DNA of 64,000 nucleotides from Escherichia phage MX01: sequence record NC_031934.1; one strand, written 5' to 3'. The notes beneath the pieces were generated by a model. It saw only the letters and a program-made list of their open reading frames with translations, ran no database searches and was not told the DNA's origin. Below, one piece after another: positions 63,984 through 64,000 of this stretch; the first letter of the stretch is position 1, and each line of letters opens with the position of its first letter. A program made the translations under genes and the position numbers.

Positions 63984-64000
63984 ATAAAAGGTATATGCAG

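Overview
This window is about 64 kb of a T4-like (Tevenvirinae) myovirus early/replication region, transcribed almost entirely on the minus strand. Recognisable T4 homologs, in coordinate order: rIIB (5' end), rIIA, topoisomerase 39, dexA, dda, two ModA/ModB-type ADP-ribosyltransferases, soc, 56, dam, 61, 41, uvsX, a dCMP-hydroxymethylase homolog, imm-like, 43, regA, 62, 44, 45, 46, 47, 55, 49, nrdC, rI, tk, regB, ipII, denV, ipIII, e, nudE. Gene 43 closely resembles the RB69-type polymerase (from memory, not searched). Between these lie many small ORFs, two homing-endonuclease genes (GIY-YIG between 45 and 44; HNH on the plus strand), about 20 near-identical early promoters (GTTTAC-N17/18-TAnnnT) often paired with stem-loop terminators, and several TATAAATA late promoters. 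The strongest candidate for a distinctive system is a five-gene, translationally coupled operon (22519-26669) that sits where T4 has gene 42 and beta-gt. It encodes a sugar-1-P nucleotidylyltransferase/anomeric-kinase fusion, a HAD phosphatase, a P-loop kinase, a thymidylate-synthase-fold enzyme and a putative transferase, and no alpha-gt lies between 47 and 55. I read it as a phage-encoded NDP-sugar donor pathway for non-glucose hmC glycosylation. Other candidates are a TARG1/DarG-like macrodomain, a PD-(D/E)xK nuclease-like gene coupled to dam, an AAA+ ATPase/nucleotidyltransferase pair, and an expanded set of capsid-targeted internal proteins. All calls rest on motif recognition and recalled T4 synteny; no database search was run. 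Coordinates of hand-placed regulatory elements and refined starts may be off by 1-2 bp.
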